A model generated the notes under the pieces. The model was given only the letters and a program-made list of their open reading frames with translations, searched no databases and was not told the DNA's origin. A DNA stretch of 64,000 nucleotides from Phoronis australis (taxonomy: Eukaryota; Animalia; Phoronida): the NCBI GenBank assembly GCA_002633005.1, contig NMRA01000208.1, positions 228,439 through 292,438 of the forward strand, in the 5' to 3' direction. This document shows, piece by piece, positions 63,550 through 64,000 of the stretch. Each line of letters opens with the position of its first letter. Position 1 is the stretch's first letter. A program made the position numbers and the translations under genes.

Positions 63550-64000
63550 CTGAGTATGATAAAGGTAAGATGATCAACAGACTGTAGATAATGTAAACAG
63601 CAATCCACTTAGTAGCTGAGATGGTGTCACCCTGTTTAGGTACACCAGACTAATCAAGCAATTAACTTTTAAGCCTTTTACTATCAAATTTCCAAATAGT
63701 TACTGCAATTGATGCAGGTCAGATCATTTGAGAGTATGCTTCGCAAATACAAGATGTGTTTCCAGTCAATGTGGCATGCGCATAACATTTTAGTGCCTCC
63801 CAAGATAGCACCACGTTTATTTTCACGGGCTACTACAATCAATGTAACATCAAAATTACCTTCACCAAAAATTTCAGATTAAGTATATTGCACTGAATTC
63901 ATTTTCTCTCACTCACCCCTACCGTATCCGAGACCCTCCCCCCCTTACCATTTTATGTCACAAACAAGGACTGCGCATCTCCACAGCCCTTGTAGCACCC

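Overview
AT-rich, intron-rich animal genomic DNA; the repeat types suggest an invertebrate, probably a lophotrochozoan (inference). The window is mostly the central part of a minus-strand HERC2 gene (giant HECT E3 ubiquitin ligase). I traced 54 GT-AG coding exons between 63549 and 8076, encoding the end of RLD1, the cytochrome-b5-like, MIB/HERC2, UBA-like, CPH, ZZ and DOC domains, RLD2 and the start of RLD3. The 5' end and the rest of RLD3/HECT lie outside the window. The introns contain: (i) an intronless 801-aa nested ORF with an NHL-type beta-propeller apparently split by a large insertion, with CRE and E2F motifs upstream and a polyA signal downstream; (ii) a head-to-head inverted pair of ~95-aa paralogous ORFs; (iii) a candidate 30-nt frame-preserving HERC2 microexon; (iv) Helentron/HINE-like elements carrying arrays of CTCF-like motifs; (v) several MITEs, a SINE-like element and a possible Kolobok-type element; (vi) repeated tandem duplications of splice donors. 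The ZZ domain lacks a canonical N-terminus-binding Asp. Three duplications across N-gaps look like uncollapsed haplotypes. All coordinates were read by eye and should be confirmed computationally.
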